Source: Thermodiscus sp. (lineage in GTDB: Archaea; Thermoproteota; Thermoprotei_A; Sulfolobales; Acidilobaceae). Taken from it: a stretch of DNA of 64,000 bases. Position 1 is the first letter of the stretch; every line of letters starts with the position of its first letter. Both the position numbers and the translations under genes were made by a program. Location of the stretch: the NCBI GenBank assembly GCA_015521175.1, contig WAOR01000009.1, positions 4,764 to 68,763 on the forward strand, written 5' to 3'. Below are positions 53,766-62,795 of this stretch, piece by piece. Under the pieces are notes generated by a model. It was not told the origin of the DNA, made no database searches, and saw only the letters and a list, made by a program, of their open reading frames with translations.

Positions 53766-55087
53766 GTTAGCCCCAGCCTTCTTAGGAGCCTTCTATCCCT
53801 CCTTATTCTTTTCATCATTACTTTAAGGTTCTTGTAGTATGCGAGTAGCTCCCTCACGTCTTCAGTTGTTGTTCCAGAGCCTATGGCTAGCCTCCTCATC
53901 CTGCTCCTATCTATTATCTCGGGCTTGTCTAGCTCCTCGTACGTCATACTCTCAATAATAGCGAGCCACTTCTTTATCTTCTCTTCTCCAAGCCTAGCCG
54001 TGTTATCATCTAGCTTCGCTATCAAACCGAAGCCCGGTAGCATTTGGAGAACCTTAGAGAGTGGCCCCATTTTTCTCATACTCTTAAGCTGCCTGTAAAT
54101 GATTCTCATGTTTATTTTACCCTTCAATATGTCTTCCGCAGCCTTTTCTAGCTCTTCGGCTTCTTCAAGGCCCTTTAGCTTCTCTAGGAGTGACTCTATA
54201 TCGCCCATGCCGAGTATTCTGCCGACGAACCTTGTGGGGCGGAATGGCTCTAGCTCGTCGATCTTCTCCCCGTTGCCAATGAATTTTACAGTGGCTCCCG
54301 TGGCAGCTGCGGCGGAGAGTACTCCTCCTCCACGCGCTGTACCGTCCATCTTGGTTACTATGAGGGATCCTACGGGTGTTGACTCGTGGAACCTCTTGGC
54401 TAGGTCGTAGGCCTTTTGTCCTATGGCGGCGTCAATGACCAGTATTACTTCGTCTGGTTTGACTGCGTCGGCTATCTGCTTCATCTCGCGGAGGAGTGCT
54501 TCTTCGCTTCCGAAGCCGTGGCGGCCAGCGGTGTCCACGATTATTATCTCGGCTCCCCTGTCGAGGGCGTACTTCACGCCCCTCTCAGCGATCTTGGCGG
54601 GGTCCCCCTTGTCCTCGCCGTAGAATATTGCCCCCGCCTGGTCGGCTAGAGTTCTCAGCTGATCCTTGGCACCCGGCCTATAGGTGTCTGTGGAGACTAG
54701 GGCTACCTTGTACCCCCGCCGTGTGTAGTAGTAGGCCAGCTTACCCGCCGTCGTTGTCTTACCGCTACCCTGTACTCCTACGAGTAGAATAATCCAGGGC
54801 GTCTTAGGGGGTAGTATCTGGGGCTTCTTGTCGCCGCCGAAGAGCTTGGATAACTCCTCGTATACTATTTTTATGAACCACTCACGCCTGCTGGCTCCTG
54901 GAGGGGGTGCTTCCTTTTGTGCTCTTTCTTTTATCCTCTTTGTCAGGTCGAAGACTAGTTTTACATTGACGTCTGACTTTATCAGCTCCCTCTGGAGGTC
55001 TCGTATGAACTCTTGTACAGCCTTCTCGTAGGTGCCCCCGCCTTTCAGGAACTTTGTTACTGCTTTTCTAACACCGTCTAATACCAT
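53762..55087 (-). CDS. srp54: Signal recognition particle protein SRP54
   Basis: 441 aa. NG domain GVQGSGKTTTAGKLA, DTAGRH, TKMDGTARGG; Met-rich M domain. Confidence 0.95.
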   Translation of the reverse strand: MVLDGVRKAVTKFLKGGGTYEKAVQEFIRDLQRELIKSDVNVKLVFDLTKRIKERAQKEAPPPGASRREWFIKIVYEELSKLFGGDKKPQILPPKTPWIILLVGVQGSGKTTTAGKLAYYYTRRGYKVALVSTDTYRPGAKDQLRTLADQAGAIFYGEDKGDPAKIAERGVKYALDRGAEIIIVDTAGRHGFGSEEALLREMKQIADAVKPDEVILVIDAAIGQKAYDLAKRFHESTPVGSLIVTKMDGTARGGGVLSAAAATGATVKFIGNGEKIDELEPFRPTRFVGRILGMGDIESLLEKLKGLEEAEELEKAAEDILKGKINMRIIYRQLKSMRKMGPLSKVLQMLPGFGLIAKLDDNTARLGEEKIKKWLAIIESMTYEELDKPEIIDRSRMRRLAIGSGTTTEDVRELLAYYKNLKVMMKRIRRDRRLLRRLGLT

Positions 55088-55139
55088 TCCTACTCCTCGA
55101 TTAGCCTATTGGGTGCTTGTAGAGGAGAAAAGTGTGTGG

Positions 55140-56450
55140 TTACTCGCTGGTTATCCTAGCATTAGATACTAGTATGTGCGGTAGCCTCGTAGGAGTAGAG
55201 ACCTCCCACCACTGGATCTGCCAGAGCGTGGCTCCAACGCCTTCAATATTGCTTAGCAGCCTTTTCATTGAATCAGCTATTCGCACCCGACCTGCACAGC
55301 CTACGGGTTTCCCTCCCTCCACTATGATTACTGCGTCTCTGGCTACTGTTGAGAAGAGGCCTTCAGGGTAATTCTGGAACCTCGTATACCAGTTGTTAGT
55401 AATGTACAGACCGTCTCCTAGAGCTTCCAGCATTTCATCGTCTTTCAGGCCGCCGGGGGCAACATCTAAATTGAAGGGTTCCGGCATGAGGAGGCCGGCA
55501 TTTCCCGTAGTTTTGGTCCCGAATAGTTTCGCGGTCTTTGAGTTATGTAGTATGTTCTTCAAGACTCCCTTCTCTATAATTGGTTTATCTCTTGTGGCTA
55601 CTCCCTCATCGTCGAATTGCGAGTAGCCTGGAAGCTCCCTATCGTGGGGTTTATCGTAGAGGGTTAACTTCTCGGAGGCTACTGTTGCTTCGAGATCCTC
55701 CTTGTTGAAGAAGCTGAAGCCGAACAACATGGCTCCACCGCTAGCGGATCTTGCAACTATTTCTAGAAGGTTCCCTGCGACCATCGGAGACAATAGGACG
55801 TTGTAGTTCCCCGATTCGATCTTCCTCTTAGGCAGGCCCGAGCACTCCTCCGCGAGCCTCGCCGCGGCTCCTATCGCTTTCTTAGCGATGTCTGGCCTGT
55901 ACATGGTCGAGGTCCAGCTCCACTGGCCGCTTGATTCGTCGTCGGCGAATACTCTCATGTAGCCGTTGAAGAGGGTTTTCTCACCGTGTAGGCTTGCTTT
56001 GTTACTGTTCACTAGTACCCTTTCTTCTCTTGCTAGCCTTATTGTTCCAGCCCAGTTTCCGGCCTGGTCTAGTTCTAGGTCTTCTGAGACTTTGCTTAGG
56101 TCTCCGCTCCTGACTATTTCAACGATTTTGTCATCGGTATTTTCATAATTCTGCCCTGTCGGCTCTGGTAGTGGAGCGTAGAGTGGTGAAGGTGTGAGTG
56201 TTGCTAGGATAGTGTCGAGTTTCTCTAAGACTTCTCCTGGACTGGTTGAGCTTAGTGATGTTTGAAATATCTTTCCGTTCTTCGCAACGTAGACAGTGAT
56301 AGTGTACCTGTTCCACGACTGCGTCACACTAGGCTCTCCATTAGCTAGTTTTAACATTATCTCTTCCTCGTTTCCAACTATTACCTCGTACTCCTCGAAA
56401 TGCTTCCTAAGGATTCTCGCAGAAGCCTCTGCTAGCTCCCATAACGTCAC
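55140..56450 (-). CDS. pmbA: PmbA/TldE family protein (TldD/PmbA metalloprotease partner)
   Basis: 436 aa. TldD/PmbA fold without HExxxH. Start overlaps the tldD stop by 4 nt. Confidence 0.8.
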   Translation of the reverse strand: MTLWELAEASARILRKHFEEYEVIVGNEEEIMLKLANGEPSVTQSWNRYTITVYVAKNGKIFQTSLSSTSPGEVLEKLDTILATLTPSPLYAPLPEPTGQNYENTDDKIVEIVRSGDLSKVSEDLELDQAGNWAGTIRLAREERVLVNSNKASLHGEKTLFNGYMRVFADDESSGQWSWTSTMYRPDIAKKAIGAAARLAEECSGLPKRKIESGNYNVLLSPMVAGNLLEIVARSASGGAMLFGFSFFNKEDLEATVASEKLTLYDKPHDRELPGYSQFDDEGVATRDKPIIEKGVLKNILHNSKTAKLFGTKTTGNAGLLMPEPFNLDVAPGGLKDDEMLEALGDGLYITNNWYTRFQNYPEGLFSTVARDAVIIVEGGKPVGCAGRVRIADSMKRLLSNIEGVGATLWQIQWWEVSTPTRLPHILVSNARITSE

Positions 56451-57886
56451 TTTATCACCACCCCCCTAAGCCTTATACTGGGACCACCCATCCACACCGG
56501 GACCCCCTGCGCCGGTTCCCCCTTGCCGCAAGTCCCAGCGTAGAAACGGAGGTCGCTTCCCACGGCATCAATACTTGAGAAAAACTCGCGAGTGTTCACC
56601 TCGAGTGCAGGATTCCTCACAGGCTCCTCCAGGCGGCCGTTCTTTATTTTGTAGGCTTCGAATCCAACGTAGCGGGCAACCCATCTGTAGTCGTCAATGT
56701 TCCATTCCATGTATTTCTTGATGTAGACGCCATCCTTTACATCCTCGATTAGCTCCTCGAGGCTATAATCACCTGGAGCCATATAGGTATTAGCCATCCT
56801 AATGATAGGCTCGCTCCACCACTCTTCCGCCCTAGCGGAGCCATTGCTATGAGTCCCCATTATTGCGGCTGTCTCACGGTTGTGAAGGTACTCGTTTAGT
56901 ACCCCTCTAAGTATGAGGTACCGGGGTCTAGCCGGTACTGCCTCGTCGTCGTAGAGGTAGAACCCATAACTGCCCGGGATAGTCGGGTCGTCTATTACGG
57001 TGACCAGGTCGGAGCCTATTTTCTCGCCCGGCCTGATCCTTCTCCTATAGCTGAGGCCTGCCTGGGCTGCCTCGCGCCCCAGTACTCTGTCCGCCTCGCT
57101 AGGATGGCCTATGGACTCGTGCATGGCTAGGCCAACGATCTCTGACCCTAAGACTACGTCCATTCTACCTCTCGGCGGACTCTTCGCCGTCCTAAGATAT
57201 AGTTCAAGGCTTCTCAGGTCGTCTTCGATAGCTTGCGTAACGCCTAACTCGTCTATGAGTTCTAAGCCCCCGGAACCGCCTATCTGCTGCCACCTGTTCG
57301 CCCTATTACCCTCTGATGACGCTGTTATTGTATAGAACACCTCTAACCTTGGTATTCGCGATTCTATGAGGCCTCCGTCGCTCGTAGCTATGCTTTTTTC
57401 CTCGATGCTGTACGATAAGCCTAGTAGGAAGCTGTTTATGTTAACCTTGTATCTACTTAGGTCGATAGACTTGTATAGTTCAACTGCAAGCTTGAATAAA
57501 TCTTCGCCGCCATGATCTTCCGGGTCTTTCCTTGCTGATGCCTCATATCTAGCCCTGCCTAGTCTCTCGTCGCTCATCTCAATGCCCTTGGAAACGATGC
57601 TAGCGGTTGTCTTAGCGTGCTTCACGGCCTTCTCGACTGCTGTGATAATATCACGTTTTTCTAGTGAGTCTGTTGAAGAGAATCCGAGGGATCCTCCTGC
57701 GATAACCCTAACGCGGACGCCTTCCGAGAGAGTGTAGCTCGCTGTGATGGGAGATCCGTTCATTAAGATTATTTGGAATCCCTTAACCCTGTGGAAGGCA
57801 GCCTCCCCGTACGAGGCTCCGAGAGCTAATGCCTTATCGACTAGAGGCGTTAGCTCTTCTGGCTTCAGGATCAACTGTTTAAACAC
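56447..57886 (-). CDS. tldD: TldD family metalloprotease
   Basis: 479 aa. HExxxH-type motif in AMHESIGHPSEADR, plus a C-terminal GxC..GKG region (GTCGKGEPAQGVPV). Confidence 0.85.
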   Translation of the reverse strand: MFKQLILKPEELTPLVDKALALGASYGEAAFHRVKGFQIILMNGSPITASYTLSEGVRVRVIAGGSLGFSSTDSLEKRDIITAVEKAVKHAKTTASIVSKGIEMSDERLGRARYEASARKDPEDHGGEDLFKLAVELYKSIDLSRYKVNINSFLLGLSYSIEEKSIATSDGGLIESRIPRLEVFYTITASSEGNRANRWQQIGGSGGLELIDELGVTQAIEDDLRSLELYLRTAKSPPRGRMDVVLGSEIVGLAMHESIGHPSEADRVLGREAAQAGLSYRRRIRPGEKIGSDLVTVIDDPTIPGSYGFYLYDDEAVPARPRYLILRGVLNEYLHNRETAAIMGTHSNGSARAEEWWSEPIIRMANTYMAPGDYSLEELIEDVKDGVYIKKYMEWNIDDYRWVARYVGFEAYKIKNGRLEEPVRNPALEVNTREFFSSIDAVGSDLRFYAGTCGKGEPAQGVPVWMGGPSIRLRGVVIK

Positions 57887-57926
57887 CGAGTCTCCTATGT
57901 ATCGGAATAAAATATAAATCTAGGCC

Positions 57927-59003
57927 TCACCCGTTGTGGAGGGCCTCATTAAGCCTTGAGAGAAACGTCTTGTATGATTTCCAGGCCCTCTCGCTTGAAA
58001 CGGTCGGCTCCCGTGAAACCTTGTATTTCTCTCCGAATAGGCTGCAAGTGAATGCTGGGAGACCCATCTTTAATCCACTAGTGTATCCTCCTTCTAGCAC
58101 TATGATTACAGGTACTGCGAGATCCCTAACGCTGCGTCCTATCCGAGCGAATGTATGCTCGGTCGCTTGCATAGAAGCGAAGTCACCGATATATGCGTCG
58201 AAGCCTGCTGAGACTACTAGATAATCTGGATTGTAGTCTCTTAGGAGGTTTAGGGCTACTTCTACAGCGTCTATGTATATATCGTCGCCGGAGCCTGGAG
58301 GCACTATTATATTCACTTTGCTTCCCGCAACCCCTCCAATATCCTCAGGGAAGCCTGTCCCGGGATAGATAGTTGAGGGATCCTGGTGGATGTCGACGTG
58401 GAGAATACTGTCCCACCAGAGGATCTCCTGGGTCCCATTCCCATGGTGAAGGTCGAAGTCCAGAACCGCTACCCTGCCATGCTCGGATAGTCTCCTCGCA
58501 ATTAACGCAGCCGTGTTGAATATGCAAAAGCCGAGGGTGGGTGCTCCCATGGCGGGGCCTCTCTTCCCAGCATGATGGCCAGGAGGCCTTCCAAGGATAA
58601 TGGTAGTCCCTCCCCTAACAGCAGTATTTATGGCTACATCTACAGCGCCGGCGAGTCTTGCCAGGGCCTTAGGGGTTCCGGGCGAGACGTAGGTGTCGGG
58701 GTCTATCCAGGTTGGTGTAGGAGACTGAGAAGCCTCAAGCACTATTTGCATGTAGTCCCTATCATGCACGAGTGAATAGGCTTCAAAAGGGTCCCTTCGT
58801 GGAGGAGTAACGATTTCAATTGAGCGTCCACAGGAGTCCAGGAGAGATCCCAAGGCTACTTGTACGCGTTCTGGGTTCTCTGGATGAGGATACGGGGATG
58901 GATCGTGGAGTAGGAAATCATCGTGGTATATGATGTAGGGGCCTCCGCGATGCGGGGTTTCCTCATCACCGTTTCCGGTTCGATCATCGAGGTTCGACTT
59001 CAT
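57927..59003 (-). CDS. Histone deacetylase-family enzyme (AcuC / acetylpolyamine amidohydrolase-like)
   Basis: 358 aa. RPPGHHA, VLDFDLHHGNGTQEI, ...SAGFDAY... and ...EGGY... are class I/II HDAC-fold signatures. Confidence 0.85.
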   Translation of the reverse strand: MKSNLDDRTGNGDEETPHRGGPYIIYHDDFLLHDPSPYPHPENPERVQVALGSLLDSCGRSIEIVTPPRRDPFEAYSLVHDRDYMQIVLEASQSPTPTWIDPDTYVSPGTPKALARLAGAVDVAINTAVRGGTTIILGRPPGHHAGKRGPAMGAPTLGFCIFNTAALIARRLSEHGRVAVLDFDLHHGNGTQEILWWDSILHVDIHQDPSTIYPGTGFPEDIGGVAGSKVNIIVPPGSGDDIYIDAVEVALNLLRDYNPDYLVVSAGFDAYIGDFASMQATEHTFARIGRSVRDLAVPVIIVLEGGYTSGLKMGLPAFTCSLFGEKYKVSREPTVSSERAWKSYKTFLSRLNEALHNG

Positions 59004-59040
59004 CGGCTCACCGTTGAGAGGATTATTGGATAGGTCTAAT

Positions 59041-60057
59041 TTACCTGCTTTCTCCGGGTTCAGCTTCGTTGAATTTTGATATTAGGGCGTGGCATAGTAT
59101 CACGTTTTCGACTATTTCTATGATCCTGGCTATGTCTATTATTTTTGCTAGTAGGTATGCGAAGGCAGGGGAGTCGCTCTCTACTACCTCCCTGAGGTTG
59201 CCTTCTAGGTCGAGTATGCTCCTGACCTTCCAGTAGGATTCCTCTGCTTTCTTAACGCTCGGCGGGTTTATGCTATTTACGACAGTTGATACTGCCACCT
59301 CTAAAACCTGTAATAGGAATGATAGTCTTTGCTTCTCGCTGTCCGATAAGAGGTCCGCCATGTAGAGTATGTCGATGCCAAGCTTGTATACTGAGTCATT
59401 TACTAGACCGATTAAATCGCTCGCGCTGGCTAGGTATCTCGCTTGGCGATCCTGATGCATGTCTATTACATGGGCCTTATTAGCCGCGCGTAGCAACTTA
59501 TAGTTTGTGTTCTGGAGGATTGCATACTCCTTATCTAATTCTTCTTTTGTATAGACAACGTTTCCATCGAGGAAGCCGCTTAGCTTGTTTAGGACTCTAC
59601 TAATACTTCTACCATATTCAATCATTATATCAAATACATTATCATTATTATAGTTAAAATTGATATTGATTGTATGCCTGTGTATTACATTCATCCTAAC
59701 GCCTTCCAGCATCGCCTCTACTTTCCGGAGCCTTTCAATTACGTTTTCTTTAATATTTTTACTAGAATAATATATTAATTCATCGTAGCCAAAAGTATAA
59801 GAACAGAGCACGAGGCGGGGAGCATGTTTTTCTACATTATAATGAGATAAATTCATTTTTAAAGAAATTTTAGGGATTTTACCGTCTGGAGCGATTATTA
59901 ATTTATCACCACTATCATAAATTTTAAGTATATCGCCTACTTTTACACCGTTTCGCCGCGCCCAGTCTTTGGGTAGAGTGACTATCAGGGAAGAAGCCCC
60001 AAGTCTTTGTATCTTCCTAGACAAGATCCCGCCGTTTTGCCGGGCCAAGCCTGCCAC
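59041..60057 (-). CDS. AbrB/SpoVT-type DNA-binding domain + helical (PhoU-like) domain protein, paralog of 17839..18741
   Basis: 338 aa, GTG start. RKIQRLGASSLIVTLPKDWARRNGVKVGDILKIYDSGDKLIIAP closely parallels the N-terminus of the 17839..18741 protein. Lower GC than its neighbours. Confidence 0.6.
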   Translation of the reverse strand: MAGLARQNGGILSRKIQRLGASSLIVTLPKDWARRNGVKVGDILKIYDSGDKLIIAPDGKIPKISLKMNLSHYNVEKHAPRLVLCSYTFGYDELIYYSSKNIKENVIERLRKVEAMLEGVRMNVIHRHTININFNYNNDNVFDIMIEYGRSISRVLNKLSGFLDGNVVYTKEELDKEYAILQNTNYKLLRAANKAHVIDMHQDRQARYLASASDLIGLVNDSVYKLGIDILYMADLLSDSEKQRLSFLLQVLEVAVSTVVNSINPPSVKKAEESYWKVRSILDLEGNLREVVESDSPAFAYLLAKIIDIARIIEIVENVILCHALISKFNEAEPGESR

Positions 60058-60272
60058 CCATTGGGTTCTAATATATGGAATAGTAGGGTTCCCTTAAAAC
60101 TGTACCTGGACTTTTAAGGGGTGTTATGTATTAAGTATGTACGTATTACTCGAATAATGTAGAAAAGATAGACTCGAAAACGCTGGTTCTGCCTTAATGA
60201 TAACCGAGAGATATATAAACCCGTAAATCTACAGTAATCAAGTAGAGAGGCTCGATTAAGAGGTGAGATAGA

Positions 60273-60776
60273 ATGTTCGAGAACAGGACATGGAAGCTGG
60301 TGCTCAGGAAGACCGCGAGGGGCCCCGTGATACAATTCAGGAGCTCGACCCCTGAGACTCGCGAGTCAACAATGATAAGAATGGGCGGTAAGATGGCTGA
60401 GGAGATCTTCAAGAAAATGGTTGAGGTACTAAAGAAGTATGACTATGTGGCCGAGGAGGGAGGCGACGAGAAGAGGTACAAGTACTATAAGCTGAAGCCC
60501 GAGATAGGGCCGGTTGTAGGAGGCTACATTGTGCTAATCAGGAGGAGCAGGAAGCCGCAGGACTGGATACCCTACTTCGAGGGGTTCATTAAGGAGGACC
60601 CCTACAAGGGAGCTCACAAGGTACTAACGCACGCGCTAGCCACCGCCTTCGATCTAAGCCAAGTATACCCGCCGCCGGAACGGGTTAGAATGCAGCTACA
60701 CCCCAAGGTTCTGGACAGCGTCAGCGCGGGCTTCAAGGTAATAATTAGGAAGCTCTGGGGTCTAAAGAAGAAGTAA
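60273..60776 (+). CDS. Hypothetical protein
   Basis: 167 aa, Lys/Glu-rich, no recognisable motif. The start could be one of the internal Met codons (MIRMGGKMAEE...). Overlaps the convergent DUF429-like gene by 15 nt. Confidence 0.4.
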   Translation: MFENRTWKLVLRKTARGPVIQFRSSTPETRESTMIRMGGKMAEEIFKKMVEVLKKYDYVAEEGGDEKRYKYYKLKPEIGPVVGGYIVLIRRSRKPQDWIPYFEGFIKEDPYKGAHKVLTHALATAFDLSQVYPPPERVRMQLHPKVLDSVSAGFKVIIRKLWGLKKK

Positions 60777-61310
60777 GCACTCTTTAATAATTTTTAATAT
60801 TTTGCTTCTACACTCTTCTCCTGTTAATACCATAACCCCGTCGGTATCCTCGATGATAAAGGCATTGCCCTCAAGGAGGCATAGCCCAGTTGATAGAGCG
60901 ATGACAGCATCTACTATGTCACGATCAAAAGTGCTCTCCGCAAGACCTAGTGTTTTTCTCATCGAGCCGGGATGGGTTTCTACCACTACCCTACTCGCTT
61001 CTACCATGAGAACAAAGAGCGAGTAACCTACCCGTGATAGCTCCCGGACACCGGCCATTCCTCCGGGCAGGAGCTTTGCCCCATAGTACTTCTGCGCCTT
61101 TCTCTCAAGGCTACGGAATCCCTTGTAGGGTGGGTGGAGAGGGGCGTCTACTACTATGAGGTTTGCCATGGAAATATTTTTGGCTAGGTTAGAGTTATTT
61201 ATTTTCCCGAGTTTGAGGCATTGGTATCCCGTCTTCGATGTTTTTGCTATTGCATAGGCGCTTGGTCTTTTGACCGCTAGGTCTACGCCCGCAACTATCC
61301 AGTCTTTCAA
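60762..61310 (-). CDS. DUF429-like protein (predicted RNase H-fold nuclease)
   Basis: 182 aa. N-terminal VAGVDLAV..., ...LIVVDAPL... and ...VVETHPGS... match the usual DUF429 D/D/E-H pattern. By-eye only. Confidence 0.5.
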   Translation of the reverse strand: MKDWIVAGVDLAVKRPSAYAIAKTSKTGYQCLKLGKINNSNLAKNISMANLIVVDAPLHPPYKGFRSLERKAQKYYGAKLLPGGMAGVRELSRVGYSLFVLMVEASRVVVETHPGSMRKTLGLAESTFDRDIVDAVIALSTGLCLLEGNAFIIEDTDGVMVLTGEECRSKILKIIKECLLLL

Positions 61311-61339
61311 TGATTTTATTGTTGTTATTTTCTTTAGGC

Positions 61340-62269
61340 CTATTTTATTAATGCGTATGCAATAATTGGTAGTATTAATGTCGCGTCACCATATACTACT
61401 GTTTTTCTAGCTGAAGGCTTAAGCTTCCCCCAGCTAACTGCCTCTCTCGGCCTCGCACCGCTCAGGCTGCCATCGTATTCTACCGCTGTTGTGAGGTATA
61501 CTGCGTAGTCTAGCCCTCCTCGGAACTGGCTCCACCAGATGGCGTGGTGCTTGCTAATGCCCCCACCTATAATTAGGGCGGTAGCCTTGTCCTCCTGCGA
61601 AGGGAAGAATATGTCTGATAGCATTTTCATGTCAATGTAATAGTCTACCTCAACTCCGCGCCCGGCCTGATGTTCCATAAAGAGGCTAGTGCCGAAGGCG
61701 CCATCAGGCCAGCCTGGAACGAATATCTTCGCGCCTGACAAATGGGCAGCCCGCAGTATGCTATTAGGATCGTCGATTAGAGAGCCTGCTAGGTCTAGCA
61801 GCTCATATACGCCCCATGATTCCTTTCTCACCCGCGCCTCGCTTACTAGGCGCCTAACGAATTCCTCTACTTTAGGCCCATAATCCTCTACTGGTATGAA
61901 AATATTTCCGAGCCTGTGCTTCCCCTCTCGGAGAAGTAGTGTGTCGTCTGCCTCGAAGTAGCCTTTAAGGTATCTTCCACCCATCGCCCGTGCAATATCA
62001 TGATCTAGTGTTCCCGCTGTAGTAATAATGACGTTGAATAAACCCTTCTCGATTAGCTGAGCTAGTATTCCTCTTAGCCCTGTGGCTACTAGATTCGCTG
62101 TGAAGGTTAGAACTCTTATACGCGATTCATTCAATCCCTCTCGGAGTATATCAATGGCTTCGACTAGGTGTCCAGCCATGAATCCATGAATACTTCTATA
62201 CCACTCTATTAGGTCATCTATAGTAGCCCCCTTTCTAATTTTAACATCTTTGACTGGATCCGGCACCAC
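61340..62269 (-). CDS. dys: Deoxyhypusine synthase
   Basis: 309 aa. ...LTFTANLVATGLRG..., ...ITTAGTLDHD... and ...LIIGGGISKHHAIW... are DHS hallmarks. Confidence 0.9.
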   Translation of the reverse strand: MVPDPVKDVKIRKGATIDDLIEWYRSIHGFMAGHLVEAIDILREGLNESRIRVLTFTANLVATGLRGILAQLIEKGLFNVIITTAGTLDHDIARAMGGRYLKGYFEADDTLLLREGKHRLGNIFIPVEDYGPKVEEFVRRLVSEARVRKESWGVYELLDLAGSLIDDPNSILRAAHLSGAKIFVPGWPDGAFGTSLFMEHQAGRGVEVDYYIDMKMLSDIFFPSQEDKATALIIGGGISKHHAIWWSQFRGGLDYAVYLTTAVEYDGSLSGARPREAVSWGKLKPSARKTVVYGDATLILPIIAYALIK

Positions 62270-62352
62270 TCCAACCCTCCTCTTAAAAGTATTCGCACAT
62301 CAAACACCATTCACTATCCTCTGAGGATTAAAACTCCCGAGGTGAGTTCAGA

Positions 62353-62775
62353 GTGAAGAGGAGAGGTCTCTCACCCCTAGTAGCAACCGTTCTATTAATA
62401 AGCGCGACAGTACTGGGAGGTGTACTCGTATACCAGTACTTCCAGAATAGTGTCTCCCACGCTAAAGGCCTCCAGCAAGACCTAATGGTTACTGCAGATG
62501 CTACCACATTGAACGCGAATACAACGCTTGTTAGAGTAACTGTAGTAAACCAGGGTGATAACAACGTGATAGTGAAGAGTGTTACCTTGTTAGATGATAA
62601 TGGCAACACGGTTAGTGCCACCCTCCTACAGCCGAAGAATTTAGGAGTGACCGTCGCGCCCGGAGACCGACTAGTAATAATATTAAAGACTAATGAGAGG
62701 CCCTCCGCCGCATACGTGGGATACGAGGTTAACGGGAAAAACTATACAACAGAACCGGTTCAAATCCCTAGCTAA
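62353..62775 (+). CDS. Archaeal type IV pilin-like protein (class III signal peptide, DUF361-type N-terminus)
   Basis: 140 aa, GTG start. MKRRGLSPLVATVLLISATVLGGVLVY is a prepilin-peptidase (PibD/FlaK) type signal, followed by a beta-rich domain. Confidence 0.7.
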   Translation: MKRRGLSPLVATVLLISATVLGGVLVYQYFQNSVSHAKGLQQDLMVTADATTLNANTTLVRVTVVNQGDNNVIVKSVTLLDDNGNTVSATLLQPKNLGVTVAPGDRLVIILKTNERPSAAYVGYEVNGKNYTTEPVQIPS

Positions 62776-62795
62776 ACCCCTAGACGGGGATTCAC

